In this document: positions 20,984 to 42,572 of the stretch, in pieces
How the letters are laid out: every line of letters begins with the position of its first letter
How positions within the stretch are numbered: the first letter of the stretch is position 1
Origin: Antedon mediterranea
Taxonomy: Eukaryota; Animalia; Echinodermata
DNA length: 64,000 nucleotides
Assembly: GCF_964355755.1 (NCBI RefSeq)
Contig: NC_092676.1
Span: 26,306,871-26,370,870, forward strand
Direction: 5' to 3'
The notes under the pieces: generated by a model
Databases searched by the model: none
The model's input: only the letters and a program-made list of their open reading frames with translations
Told to the model about the DNA's origin: nothing
Program-made: the position numbers and the translations under genes

Positions 20984-22249
20984 GCATGTTGCCTCCTTCC
21001 AAAAAAGCAAAACACTTTTTTTGTGTAGGGTACCGGTAGGTAAGGGCATCATCAGGCTTACTGTATGCTACTAAAGAGAAAGCAAACTTGACAAAAATTT
21101 CCTAAGGTTGCGACCTCTGGGCCATTAGATTTTTTATGAGTCAACAGGGGACCTACATTCCATTTAATACCGTGCTGCAATCCCCTGCTGGCTGGGCATG
21201 TGGGCTACCTTTTTATGACTCAAACTATTACTGCTTTTCATGTTACCACTAACAATATAATATTGAAATTAACGTGCATTTATCATTGAATTACTTTAGA
21301 TTATATCATAAGACTTTCTTCTGCACAAAAGAAACGTTTTCTTACCTTAATACACAAAAATAGGTTTGTTTATGTACCTCTCGCTCCTCCGCGAATTAAA
21401 ACCCCGTGATTCCAATTTCTGTGTGAACTGCATGATGATGCACAGAGAAACTTATCAGAGCGTGTCGTTGACGAAGAGGGCGAAGTAATATTTTTCTCAT
21501 CTCTCAACTTACGCAATTATAATATTAATACCTAATATTTATAAAATAAACATGCTCAACACAAACAATAACTAAAATAAAAATCTACTTTTTTTGTAAA
21601 TTTATTTTTGGAGGACACCGCAGTTGCCTTAATAACTTACATTTACAACAAAACCAAATTTTTATACAAGAATAAATTCAAACAGATTAGAACAGACACA
21701 TTTGAAGCATGTAATTTATCTTTTATTCAGATTCGTCAATTACTAATTAACTCTCTTATTACATGCGAAAATGATCCATTATAGCTAGGTTCACATAAAC
21801 TTCGATCCAGTAGATTCAAACGATTTCACATTGTGAACCATATACTGTAGCATATAGATAGTAATTTGATATTCAATTGGTTGTGTTGTTTCCCAAGTCA
21901 ATATTTCCTCTAAGTTTCAGATTTATTATTGTAAAGCTCTATCTAGATCATAAAACACAAAAGAACACAAAGAAAAGAGACCTAAAAAAATGGACACCCA
22001 TCATTACATGCCACTATTATTAGAGACAAAAATTCATTTATTATTTGTAAAATGTATTTAAAAAACCATACTCTATCATACAAAGTGCTACTACTACTGG
22101 TATTTCTATGTTTTTCAAATTTTGTGTCATTGCAAAAAAGGGAGGTGTATTTGACTGGGCTGTTTTGAGTAATCAGCAAATGTAGCTGATCAAACTTCTC
22201 GTTGTTTATATCCAAGAAGTTGGAGTAGCTCACTGCTAGTGACCAGTCG

Positions 22250-22400
22250 TATTGTGACATTTTTGGACAGAGCTTTAGTGTGAACCCTGCTATTTGAAGC
22301 CAATTCATAGATCACATGCACTGTGTCAAATGTGAAATGTTTTGGACAGAGTTTTAGTGTGAACCAAGCTATTCGACGTCAATTCATAGATCACATGCAC
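22250..22400. repeat. Two-copy ~82-bp tandem duplication in the presumed ARF6 3' UTR
   Basis: TTTTGGACAGAG..AGTGTGAACC..CAATTCATAGATCACATGCAC occurs twice. Confidence 0.85.
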
Positions 22401-25400
22401 AATCAATTGGAATCCTATACAATCTATATAATGTGTACAGTATAAAAAATAATCGAGCAAGTGAAATTAAACATCTTTATACAAATAAGAATATGTAATG
22501 GGCTGTGTGTTGAAGCACCAAACGGATAGAGTAACATTAATATATAACATTAATAACATAATACATCATGATACATTGTTATTCGAAAAATCAAAACAAC
22601 AAAATGCATATTGAAACCAATATTATTGACTTTTATCAACTTAAATAAAATACATTTCCCTAAATTTTTATATATTTAGTACAAAAAAAATTAAATTATT
22701 ATTGTATTATTACTATTATTGTAAGGGTTTACTAACACTAATAAAAAGTGTGTACATCAGACCAGTGGTGGAAAAGGACTTTATACATTTATTTTCATTA
22801 TCAATTTGTTTTTAAAAAACCCTTATACATGTAGTTTTGAATTGAAAACACTTATAGTTACAGTAGTATATCCAAGCAGGGATATAAAAAGCGATATCCT
22901 AATGCTACTATATTTTTATCTTTAATATACTGTATTTTAATAATATAAAAACCCAAATTATAACTAGAACTTGAAAGATGTACACCAGTGTGTTCAATCT
23001 AGCACACACTGGTTCGACTTCAAATATATCATTAAAACAAATAATAATTATATAGAAATATATAATAATCATAAAATGTGTCAAATAGAAATTTGTTTCT
23101 GTGTCAAAATCAATACAATTAAATTATAGAAATTAATTTAGCATCAAATCAATACAAGATACATATAAGCTCTAAGCTTCAAATTAATAACGAATTCATT
23201 CATATTTTGCAGCGGATATTTGATTGATACAGAGAAAGAATTGAAGGCAATTCTAGCTTTTTACAAAAGAAATATATAAGCATGATGAAGACTCTACTAA
23301 CAACAGTAGAACTCCTATTAAGGAGACACTTTCTGGATCCAACAAATTGTCCTCTTTTTAATAGGGATTGGCCATACAACATATTCATAACATGGGAAAG
23401 TGTCCCTTTAATATGGCTGTCTTAAAATGGGTGCTCTACAACAGTCAACTAAAAAATGTGTTTAATTTATGCACTTGGATAATAAGACTAAATGAATATA
23501 GCACTACTTCCTACATTTTAAACCCTTTGCAACAACAAAATATTGTACACAACAAAATATTTTATACAAATTATCTGAAAATGGTTTTTAAAAGTTTCAT
23601 TTCTTAGTATTAAATGGTTCATTAAACAAAAATCCCTTATTTTATTTGTCTGCAAAACATAAAAGCCATAATATAGTAGTGATATGCCCATATATGGTAG
23701 ATATATGACATCATCATGTCCATATATGGGCACATCACATATTTTTGTCACATAAAGTTTGATAGCGTAGACAAAACACAGGTCGTTTTAAATGTTTATT
23801 AAAAATGAAAGCAAAAGCACATTGGCATTAAACACTCTTCATTTTTTTATCTATATATACATAGTTCACAGTTCCTTTTGATTCAAGGTATCTATATCTA
23901 CTAGTATACACAACATTTTGGATAAAAATTTCTACAGTTTTTACTATTGTGGACAATTCTGAGAAAAAGATATACAAAACATAAATTATATTTGATTGAC
24001 GCTTGTGTTCATTAAAATGTGTGTGGTTTTTCAACTACGAACTATGCCATGGTAATTCATTATGGGCAGGCAAGGCGGGATGTGCTTCCTCCCACCAACA
24101 CCTTAACACAGTTGTGGTTTCTAGGGGGACAAAAGAGGTTTCTTTCTACCCCCTAAACAAATATTTAAAAGAATCATTTATGCAAAAAGTAAAAATTTAG
24201 ATATGTAGTGAGAAGATTGGAAATTCCAGGGCAACCCTGAATATAATCAAACACTGGCTTTTTTTACATAGTATTTCACAAACATATAAATATATTATCG
24301 TATCATGCAAAACTTTTAATATATCTTAGTTTTAAATGAATTAACATTTACTATATACTGTAACAAAACAGTTGTAACATAAAACAGTAATGCAATAACT
24401 TCCTTTTAAAAAAATACAGATGAAAGTTTCAATATGTGAACATTTACATTTTAACACTACCACTCCATATCTGATAGGCGCAGATTTTGTTGCCGTTTAT
24501 TATGCATATCATGTGCAACAATGTTGTTAACGGTATAAAGCAAATTTGCAGTAGAAATAAAGATATTCAACATAATCACAAATGGCTGTTCTAAATTCAT
24601 TTGCATAAATTAACAGTAAGAACTAATCACTGTGCAGTGCCATATACAAGTTCATCCTATACAGAGATCAGTTTCCATGTTGTGTTTAGACATTTTAATT
24701 TTTTTTTAAATCAGGCAGATTTACATTTAATAGTCATTGTAATGGTCCCATAATATATGTTCCTATCATGATGTGTCCATATATAGTCATAATGTGCCTA
24801 TATATAGTCATGATGTGCCCATATATGGTCAGGTTACATCATTATTGAACCTGGCAATTTCAATGTCTACCATTACAAATGCCTCTGTTTTGGAAGATCA
24901 CATTATCAATTATGTTTTCAAAATAAACAGTATTGAAAAAAACCTAAATGATCATGAGACATACCATATATGGTAATGGTGTACACCATTCTATATACAG
25001 CAGCTAAGATGTTCTATATGGTATACTGTACCTAAGACAGACCTAAATCTGCTTTAACTTTAGCTGAATATAAATACAGGTAAATCAATCAGTGGATATA
25101 TCTTTGGTGCAGATTTGAAAATTACAAAACAATTAGGGAGCTTCCATTTTCAGGAAAGGGTACGATATCAATTTGAAAGTCCCCCTTTTTTAGCTGTACT
25201 GTAACAATGCATGTTGCAACAGAGCTTAGGCAACAATTGATGTCTTTACAATAAGCCTTTTCTAACAGATGTTAAATAGCCATCTACTACTGTATGCAAG
25301 TTCCTCAGCCGTAAGCCAAATTGTTTTTATTTTATCATTGAAAAAGAGGTTTTATTCATATGCACCATATTTCAACATATTCTTATAATTATCTTCCATA

Positions 25401-25546
25401 CTGAGTATGTCCAATTAAACTTTAATGAACATAGTTACACATGGAGCAGAAAAATCATTTTTATTTAATCATATTTTCCCACCTCTTCTACTTACGTAAA
25501 TAATTTTTATGTACATTGGTTCACTTAATTAAGACTAAGGATATCA

Positions 25547-31945
<6,399 letters not shown>

Positions 31946-33779
31946 CTTGGCATGAAGATATTGATCCTACCAAAGGTGATGATAGGATGACGAGGAGTAT
32001 ACAAACTCTGTTTCTCACTCAATGCTCCTGAAAATGCAAAAAAAAAGAAACAACTTTTAGTACAGTTCTGCTACTACAATAATAAAATAAAAAACATGAT
32101 TTTCTTTTACTTTATCTAATCTGTATAATTTAGTAATGGCATATTCTTACTATCAAATTACAGAGTTAAACTTAAAATAATATTTATTCAAGAATTTCAA
32201 TTATAACATTTATTTATTTGTGCTGGGTGGAGATGAGCTAGCTACAAGTTCCACCCATTCTAAGTTTTTAGACTTCCACACGCTCTAATTTAAACATGGA
32301 ATACACCAGAAACCTATGGATACTGCTTTCTAGTGACCTACAGTACCATTAACCTTTGACCTCATGATCCCTATTTGTGTTATACTGTACGTTACAATAT
32401 TATGATTCTAAAGACAACATTGAAACTATATAAATTATAATTATTGCCTTACAAATAATAGCAAAAACAAAATGAATTTTAAACAGTGAAGATGTACTGT
32501 ATCACAGAGCTATAAATATAATACAGTACAAAGATACAATCAAAACAAATATTGTTTAAACAATTTGAAATTACCATATGTTGAATTATTCATGATAGTA
32601 ATATTGAATATACAGTAAATGTTGGCAGAACATCTAATAATAATATACAATAAATTATTACTAATACTATAGAATATAAATTGCAAACACTGATTTGTTA
32701 AACTAACAGTTTCTCTGGGTGTTATTCTGTTCTACACTTAGCACATTGGTCTGCACTAAGTAACTTGCTGTAATGTGTTCTATTAACAGCATATAGAGGA
32801 TAAGCATATCTAAATAATTTAATCCCTAGTCAGTACTAATGAAAGTACTGTACAGTACTATATCAATATTTATGAAACATGCTTATAAATTTGTATTATA
32901 ATTTATTCACAATTTCTGCAAATTTATTCTATTTTGCAAATTATGAGAATTATCAACCAAAAAGTAATAATTATAAAGTTGTCATCCTTAATATTTGCCA
33001 ATTGATTTGTGAGTTGTACAGTAATATTAAATACTTTGTTCTTTTTTAAAGTAAAACAAATCATACTACTTATTACATTATTGAAATTTACTTATTGAAT
33101 TTGATAATTACTAAATTAGGCCATGGGGAATAGATGACATGGTTCTTGTCAGTCGAATACCATGCAAAATTGGCCCCGCATAAAAAATCCTTTGAAAAAG
33201 AAATAAATATAAATATATATTTTCATTTCTGTTTAGGGTTAATATATTTTCAAAATATTTTTAATCTAAAAATCTAGCTAGGCCTAGACCCTAACTGGGT
33301 CTTCAATAAATACAAAATGATAAGGCCTTAAGGGACCATTGAATTTAGAAATTATATTTTTATTGTAAAAATAACATTTAATTAACTTAGAGTCAGACTC
33401 AAACAAGTGCAGTGAGTGGTTTACTGCTTACAGACTTACTAAAATATTGTGGCACAAAGTAAACTACAGTGCAAATGCCTAGCCTATTATCATTAACAGG
33501 AGACTAGGCCTAGGCACATTCAGCCAAAGGGCTAGGCCTGTCTGCGTTAAGCCCCATCACCAGCCTGAACCCTCCCATGTCAGGCTAACGGCGCGACGAA
33601 GGAAGGTTTCGAGACAGCGTAACCTAGCCTAGGCCTAACCTAGATTTACTCTTTTTCTAACACATATACTAACAAGAACGATTATATATGCTACACTACA
33701 AACAGTAAAGTAATCAAATAGATATCAGAACTCTTATCATGATAATAGTAACCTATTTATTTGTAAAAATCAATGATTA

Positions 33780-34400
33780 TTTGTCTCAATTTCAAACAAG
33801 AAGCGTGTAAACTGGTGAAGTGTGTGTTACCTACCAACTTCCGGGGTTGAAGTTTCGATTAACCAAACGATAAAAGCACACTGTTTTTAGGATTACAGAT
33901 AAAACCAAATGTATAAATATTAATAGAAGAATATTTCACTTCATTTTTAGATAAAACCACTGTCAAAATACAATAACAAACACAAAGCAAATGCGTCCTT
34001 TTTAGTTCAACAGAAGTATACACCCCTCATAACTTCCGTTTGATGGATGGCGGTTGAAAGTTTATTTACACCAGACAACACAAGTCCAAACCTCCGCAGC
34101 ATAAAAGTAACGAACTGTTTTTTGATTGCTTTTTGGAAAATGACAATACCAATTGTAGATTTAATTAATTATTTTTATACCTTAATAAACAGTGATCGTA
34201 TGCAAATTTTATTTCATCAAATTATGTTTAAAAGAAATATCAACATGTTTAGAGTATTCATCCGCTGAGTGAACTAATCTTCATGAGGTCATCGGGTGTG
34301 GTGACGTACAAGCGTACAACACGACGTGCACATGTTTGCGTTCGTTAACTCCAATGCTGGCAAGTACTGTTCATAGAGGGCGACAGGACATATTTTTATG
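33780..34400 (-). promoter_or_regulatory. Probable ARF6 promoter and non-coding first exon
   Basis: CpG-richer island with ETS-like ACTTCCGG (33838) and ACTTCCG (34032), TGACGT at ~34302, candidate donor near 33829; the 5'UTR acceptor is at ~32028. Confidence 0.5.
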
Positions 34401-35336
34401 AAAATCATAATTGTACACTCCATGTACTAAAGATGGAGATTAAAATTACCTTTAGCAGTTTTGTGCTCTAATAATCATTGCATTCAAACAATTTTTTCTT
34501 TTTAAAAATTGTTTTTTCGGAAGATATAGTTGGAGGCAAGATGTTCAATGAAAATGTAGATAACAAACAAGACGATGACGTTTTGTGTATGCGATCTTTT
34601 CATTTATTTTTTCATAAAGGGATCACAAGCATGCAATAATTTACAGATTACATAACTACTACTCAAAAATACATGTGCAAATAAAATTTATTAATAATTT
34701 ACTACCAACCATCAAAATGGTATAGTCATAATTGAAGAAAATGTGTACATTATTACTTTACACAAAGGAGTGGACAATTAATGAATATTCAATGATGGAC
34801 AAGTACATTGTATAAAAGGGTGTTATTAATGAATGGCTTACATAATGGTTAGTTCCTCTGTAATCAGATCACGTTTCCCATGACGTCATATTCAGCTGAG
34901 ATTGTTTAATTAACATCCTCGTTTTTTCACGTTATTTGTCTCATTTTCGCATTTTAGTTAATTCCCAAAAGATAATAATTAATTCCTGCTGTTGTTGCAT
35001 TAACATATTTTCATCAATGAGTATTGAATAATTGGTATCCCTGTTTATCCACCCTTGTAAATGTTATAATACATACATTTTTACATCTGAAAATTATTGA
35101 AATATATTTTCTTTCCAAACTGCAGTATATTTAATATTGTTTACTGATAACGTAACACAGTACAATTAGTGCATCCATTAAAATTAGGTAACCATTAAAA
35201 GATTATAAATATAAATGTACTAATGTCTCCTGAGAGGCACAATTTTTTTTATGTGACTGGCTATACCAAGTCTTCTTAGTGCATAACATTAGTAAGAGTT
35301 TGTTTGAAATATACATACATACTGAAACATAACAAC

Positions 35337-35487
35337 CAGTGGCCGTATTCACCAATCACACTTAAGTGAGATCTTAACTCAATAAAATAAAGTATTTCCC
35401 TTTAATTGTATTAACTTAGATAGGAGATGTTTTCAATGTTAAGGGTGTTTCCCTTAGCCTAAGTGTGAATGGTGAATACAGTCACTG
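35337..35487. mobile_element. ~150-bp MITE
   Basis: CAGTGGCCGTATTCACCAATCACACTTA ... TAAGTGTGAATGGTGAATACAGTCACTG inverted ends. Confidence 0.7.
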
Positions 35488-37151
35488 ATTACTGCAGTAA
35501 CGCAATTGGATTTTGACTGCATCTCTAATTCAAACTAAACTGTATACATAATTTTTTTTAAACTAAAACTATTACACATTGCACACAACTTAGCACAGCA
35601 AAATAAAAGTGAATATGTGTTTAAAAAATGGCATTAAACAGAAATCTGTTCAAATGATAGTAAAGACAAATTATAAATAAATATCAAATTGGTGGTAGTC
35701 TACTGACACAAAACCACATCTTTGCACCCTGGTCATATATAATAATTTTATACAGTAATTTAAGTGTATTTAAAATATGTTTGAGTCACAAACAATAGAG
35801 ATTAATGTATGAGTTATTTCTTCTAAATATTTTTCATGATACAAATATAGTAATGAATTAATTAAATTAAACAAAGTACATACATAGCCTAATCGGTGGT
35901 GCATTACAAAAGAACTAAAAACTAATTTTGAAGATGTAGATTTAATTTCAATTTTTAAACAATATTATATATTAATCTGATTTTATTTTTAATATACAGA
36001 GGTTCCAAAAACAAGTGAAGATGAAACAACATCTAAAAGCCAACACACAAAGAATCAAACTTTGCAGTCCAGGATAGGAAATACAACAGATAAATAGCTA
36101 ATATGGTACGTATAGTATGTTTTAAAGATACTTAGCACTTGCTTATTTTACCAAATTGATATCAAAGTACACTTTATGCTTGGACTATTTACAGTTAGTT
36201 TTGTTTGACTACAGTGGAACCTTTAAGTGGTGTCACCTGGCCGTAGTGTTAAAACACATAATTCATCTTGTTTGTTACATAAGTGTCCCTGGTGTGCCCT
36301 GGATATGAGTGTACCAAAGCAATGGTTTTACTGTCTAAGGCTCTGTCTACACTATCAAACTGTATGTGATGTGCCCATATATAAACATGATGTCAATATC
36401 ACTACCATATTTAAGAATATAGAAAGATAGTATAGACAGAGCTTAACAAAAACTCCACAAGATCAAGACATTATGGACCAACTTTTATTTGCACCAAATA
36501 CAGATACAGCACTATAGGGTAGTAATGTTCAAAAACAGTTTGACAGACTTTTACATCGCAGTCCCTTTAAATCCTTAACAGCATTGATTAATATAATTAA
36601 TAAACATGATATCACGTGTCATATGATTAAAGGTACAGCATCCGGTTATTGCACGACTGTTTGATGATGATAGAAAAAATAAATAAATAGTAAAAAATAA
36701 AACTGTATGTTTTAAATCCTTTTATAACCACCATTAATATAATTGTGCACAACAATTGTTTTAACCTAAATAAATAATACTAAATAATAACACTTTAAAG
36801 ATAGAGAATTATATATTAAAAGGTAAGTTTTTCTTGAGCGTGTATAGTATGTGTGGTATGCAATCATTTTGGTCAAATTTACAATAATTATATAAACTCC
36901 AAATTAATACATAAGTTGCTTGGTACATCAACTTCTGTTTGTGTGTGGCTCTTGCTCATCATCACTTCTTGTTTACTGTGTTCTTATTGGTTGGTAAATG
37001 CTGATGGTTGAACTACTGTACCATATAACAAAAAACACAAGACGTATCTACAGTATCTTTACAGAAACACAAGACTCAAGGTCCATCTGAAATTGAAAAA
37101 CAAAATATATTTGTAAAAACCAAAACATTCAGAAATAATAGTTTGTTGTGT

Positions 37152-37290
37152 ATAGATCAGCGAACGAGATCAGCGAGAGAGAGATAAGCGAGAGATAGAG
37201 AGATCAGCGAGAGAGAGATCAGTGAGATAGAGATCAGTGAGATAGAGATCAGTGAGAGATAGAGATCAGTGAGAGATAGATCAGCGGGAG
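37152..37290. repeat. Purine-rich 14-18-bp tandem repeat (AGATCAG(C/T)GAGATAG), ~9 copies
   Basis: Read directly. Confidence 0.9.
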
Positions 37291-37757
37291 AAAAGGCATA
37301 TCATCATGGATAGCTATAACTGAGTTTGTTCACTGGCCTTCTCAAAGGTGGGAACACTGTCTCCCCTGGACAAACATACCCACTAGTTAAACAGATTTAA
37401 ATTTGTAGAGAATCTTATACTAATTCCTTATGTTTTATTTCCATAATAATGCTCGGTCTACACTTTCAAACTTTATGTTACAAAAAAACGTGATGTATCC
37501 ATACTGTATATGGACATTTCATATCAGTACCGTATTTGGGCATATCACACTTTTCTTTGTCAAACTAATTTGATAGTGTAGGCAGAGCTTAATACATCAT
37601 TATTCAATGAAAATTTATCATAAATTATGGCAGCTACAGTACTGTACATAAATCCTTTGTGTCCATTTCACACATAATGAATATGTACATTGTTGCATTG
37701 ATAGATAGATTATAAATTAATGTTGTTTCGTTCAGTGTGAAACTACTATTATTTTAA

Positions 37758-38352
37758 AGGCCAGGTGCGGGCAAAAAATTTCTATTGATCATACATTCCA
37801 ATAATTATCGATCTATAGTTTCCCCTATGTTTCATAATTTTTGGGATTTTATTTGTGTTACACGATCTTGTTGAAAATAAGCACTTTCTTATCAGTGGGG
37901 GGATAGTTCAAATTACACAGTAAAATCTCTATTCTTTTGTACACAAATTTTGTAAATAGAGAGGCATTTCAAAAAGCTATCAAAAATTAACGGTGTGGTA
38001 AAAAATGTTATCAGATGACTAAATATAGGTAATATAACTTCAATTTTACATTTCCGGTATTTTTATTCAACTTTAGATTTTTATTTTCATACTATAGCAA
38101 AAATTATCCACCGTATATCCACCATCTTTTTTCACCTTCTAGGGAGTCACAAGACATGTTATTACATTAGGTTAAACTACCTAACTACTGAAAAAAAGTG
38201 TTCCTGGTTCTTATGGCAGAATTTTGCCAAATTGTGTATTTGACCATATTAAGGGAAAATCCTATTTTTTCGTTTTGATTTCTGTTACAAATATTTGATT
38301 TATGTACAATTAACCAGATATTATATTTAAAATTCATGCCTGTACCTGAGCT
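37758..38352. mobile_element. 595-bp TTAA-flanked DNA transposon (Kolobok-like), copy 1
   Basis: TTAA|AGGCCAGGTGCGGGCA ... TGCCTGTACCTGAGCT|TTAA; colinear and highly similar to 60680-61274. Confidence 0.9.
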
Positions 38353-38473
38353 TTAAATTAATATTTGTTACTGTTACTTTCTACATACACTATCTTTATT
38401 AAAATTAGTAATAAGTATTGCATTACGTTTACTTTGTTAAACCAACTTATCCTACAAAAATTATATATGCAAA

Positions 38474-38545
38474 TATTTATTTATTCAACCATATTTCACG
38501 AGGGTGACCCAGCCAGCGGAAGCTGATTTTAAGGGGCCCTCAAAT
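38474..38545 (-). mobile_element. Retroposon 3' tail fragment, same tail as the SINE at 18431
   Basis: Minus strand GAGGGCCCC..TCAGC..CGCTG..GGGTCACCCTC..GGTTGAATAAATAAAT. Confidence 0.6.
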
Positions 38546-39981
38546 ACATGATATTACATTATGCAATATGGTATGATTGCATCCTTTGTGTTCAATATTC
38601 ATTAGTATTCAGATTATTACTTTAGTTTTTTACCAATTATATGATATATTATAATATAAATTACATTCCTTTTGTATGTCAATTGTGTATGCATATCATC
38701 ACTGTACCAGTCTAATGAATGAATGTGACAATGAATATCTCGTTTTTATAATGTATGCACTACATAGTGTAGTACACAAATTCAATGAATCTTATGCAAA
38801 TCCCTACATAATTTATGTACAAAATTATTCTTTGTAGGTTCTAATGTATTGTACTGTATTTTTAAACCATTATCCGTAGTGCATGTTTTTAAACTGTACA
38901 CTACAGGCAATATTTTCATTCAAAATCTATAATCGCTAATCAAAATATAAATTGTGTAGTAGCCAAGTAAACATTTTGATTAGCAATTTTTCATGTACTG
39001 TACCTACACATATTTACAAATGCACCAATTTATTAAATTCCTGTATCATTTGATTTCCTTTGTATGATTTGGTAACAACGGTCGCCATAACAACAACATA
39101 CATATCCAATTACACTTTATGTTAATGAGGCGGCATTGTTAAGAGATATAACTCCTATACTGTATGTGTACTAATTATCATATCAACCACCTGCCTATAA
39201 ATAGGCATCAAATTACATGATTAAATTTTTTTCAAGCAACCAATCAATCATTTTTATACAGTACTGTACTTGAGTAAAAACAATACTCAAATTGTAATAA
39301 GGCTTTTATTTTTTTGGGATATAATCCTATAGCTTTCTTCACCCAATAAAACAATAATGGCATTGTGATTCATTGTAAAAAAGAATAGTTGAACCAGGAA
39401 ATCGAAGCGAGACAGAAAAAAGTATCTGGATAGTAATTTTGTATACATTTCAAAACTTTAAAATGTTTGTATAGGTACATGTTAATTAATAAAAATGTAT
39501 CATACAATATATTTCCCTTCAATATAAAATTATCTTTAAGTTAAGATTAAGCAGGTTGAAATAAAAAATATTAAAAATTATTAATTTAATAATCTTTGAT
39601 TATAGGACTAAAGCTCTGTCTACACTATCAAACCTTATCTGACAAACAAATGTGATGTACCCAAATATGGTAGTGATATTCTTAAATATGGTAGTGGTAT
39701 AACATCATCATGTCCATATATGGGAATATCACATGTTTAAGTCACATAAAGTTTGATAGTGTAAAGAAGAGAGATCAAAACAGATTGAAGCTTCAGCTAA
39801 AAAATATCATGGCGATGATGATAGGCAAAAGCATGGAATGAAATTGAATAAAATTATTAAAAATTGTTGATTTACATAGTGTATAATAAATAACGAACCC
39901 TAAATAACATGCATAATGATTTTGAATAGGGAAGATAACCTTACCTAAATAAATGATTGCACATATTTCATTTGACATAGC

Positions 39982-40767
39982 TTAAACAATGGTACATGAT
40001 TTCTTCTCCTTAAATGGATTAGATACGACTGAAAAACCATTAAGAAGGAAATCTTCACTGGCGTTCTGTTTCACGTACTGCAGTAAACTAAGAAGAAAAC
40101 AAACAAATTGTTATTTTATTAATTAATAAATTGATGGCATGTAAAAATACTTGTAAATATTGACGAATATCGTCTGGACGAAATAGTAAATCATTTTTCA
40201 AAAGTATCGATTATTAAATTAAATGAAACAATAAATGCTATTAGTATTAACTTTACAATGTCAACAATGGTTTTTAAACATAGATAATTAAATAATGCTA
40301 CACACACAGTATATATAGGCTATCCCGGCTAAACCACCAATGCACAGACAGTTTTTTTTTTTCAAGTTTTAAAAAATGTATAATTTTTTTAATGTAAGCT
40401 AATTTTATTAGGTCGGATATATGTTACATAATTGTCTGGTTCTTAAATCTTATAATATACGCGCGTATAATATATTATTATTAGAATAGGCTAGCATAGT
40501 GATTCTGTTAAAGCAATGTTTTATAATTTAGCCAATGCTTTACTGTTGTCAGTGATAATGAATGAAACCTTTGTTTTGGTTGGCCTAGCTAGCCATCCAT
40601 CAATCAAGCAAGCAGCTCAGGTTTTTGTCAAGCAAGTCTCTCTCATCTCTTCATCTGAATGAAAATATTACTTACTCATTTGCAGCGTCTGAAACGTTTA
40701 TTCGTTCAACTCTAGCTTCACGACGAAGCTGTTCTACTGTTCTTACTAATGCAGAATTTCCACTCAT
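39982..40767 (-). CDS. GNG: Heterotrimeric G-protein gamma subunit (65 aa)
   Basis: Exons 40676-40767 and 39982-40087: MSGNSALVRTVEQLRREARVERINVSDAANDLLQYVKQNASEDFLLNGFSVVSNPFKEKKSCTIV*; NPF motif and CaaX box. Confidence 0.95.
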
Positions 40768-40799
40768 TTTTAGGTTTAATAATTTAGGCTAGGCTATGG

Positions 40800-40970
40800 G
40801 CGTTGCTGCAAGTTCTTCTTCGCTTCTTTTTTCGCTTCGAAATAAATCCTCCCCATCCAAAATGGCGAACTCCACCAGTTTTCCTCTTTAATTTTAATTA
40901 AAGTTGGGGGCGTCGCCGTCTCAAACGTATAGAAAATCCTTCCAAATTGTAGAGGGCGGACTAGGCGGTT
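40800..40970 (-). promoter_or_regulatory. G-gamma promoter/5'UTR with YY1-like (AAAATGGCG, ~40859) and GC-box (GGGCGG, ~40954) motifs
   Basis: Motifs sit in a CpG-containing patch directly upstream of the ATG. Confidence 0.5.
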
Positions 40971-42572
40971 TTTGTTTGTTCATACTTTACTGTAGTACGG
41001 TAACTAATTTTTCCAAATAATTTTCTGGAAAATGTCAACCCTCTAATAAATATTTATATTTTAACCTCTTGTTTGTTGTCTTCTTTTATTTTAAAATCTT
41101 CCTGGTTTTAGTAAATGTCTTAATTTGTAATTTGCTTTATATATTTATTATTATTCTTTATTTTATTGCATTTGGTTACATTTATGGTTGTGTAAATAAG
41201 TCTGTAAACAGCATGAATAAAGTCATACAACAAAGCATTTACATCTTGCCATATTTATTATACTCTTTTTACTACATTTTTCTAAAATTGTGTCACATAG
41301 TATACAAGTTCCAAAGCACAACAGCATGCAAAGAAGCCTACTTTTAAAATTATACTAGGCCTATTTTTGGATAATGTCAAACTTAAATTTAATTGTTTTC
41401 CTTATCAAAGGATATTTAATGTTTTAAAAAAATACAGTATGTAAAGAAATTGTACACAGTATTATGGTGACACTTGGTGAATGAAATGAAGTTTGACAGA
41501 AAAAACTTAAATGGACTAAAATGGTTTTTCAATATTTGTCATGATATCCTAAATAAAACAAAAACATTTATTTTTACAATTTAACAACTTAGATTGCATA
41601 TTAATATTAGGTTTTTATTAAATCAATAGTCTAGCTCCACCATGTGAAAGTTTACTTTAAAATGTAATGCTTACAAAAATGAATGGAACCATTGTTGTTA
41701 AAAAGTTTGCTATATCAAAAGTAAACATTTATATTAAAGATGTCGAATCGAGGCATGGTGTATCTAGAATCTACAAATATCTACGAGACAACATCTAAAA
41801 TTACATTTAAAATAAATTATATACTGTATTTACAAGATCATGTAAAACATTATGATAACATGGGGTTTGGATAGACACTTCATTGGCTTCCAAACGTCTT
41901 TTAAAATATATACTACTACTATATATACTCAAATATACCAAAACCATGTTCTGTGAAAACAAGCAACTAAAAAATGTTTGCCAGCCAAAGGGATTTAAGA
42001 GACTCTTTTTTGGAGAAACGCTTTAATTATGTGCTATGGTACTGTATGTTAACTGTGTGTTAACATCTGATATGGATATAAATACAGTGCTGAGTAAATT
42101 CCCTATCTATTAGAGATAAATAAGCAACGGGTAATTAACTAAAGTCTCTCATATAACTTAAGCTATGATGTATTAAAACTATAGATAGCCAACACAACTA
42201 TTAATGCATGTGTATATTCAAATTAATTAACATTAATCTATACAGTACTACTCTACACATTGAGGTTTAATATTCATATATGCATATTAATCTTATATAC
42301 AATATTTAGTTATATAATTTATACAACAAATACAAATAGATATTAATCAAAATAATTACATCCAGTTTTCATATACAGTATATGCATATCATATCACTGT
42401 ATAATATACAGCAGTTGTATCAGCATCTTAGATTATCAATTTTCAATCATAAATCATCTAAAATGAGTAAAAGAATAAATTAAAAAAGTAGAAAATAATA
42501 TTCTTTTATAACTTAGGTTGTAAGAGGTTTAGTTAAGATGATTGGATAATATGTAGTCGTTATTTTGGGTAG

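Noticed and set aside
21982-22308. 108-aa minus-strand ORF
   Set aside because: Lies in the presumed ARF6 3' UTR, starts inside a tandem duplication and has no recognisable motif.
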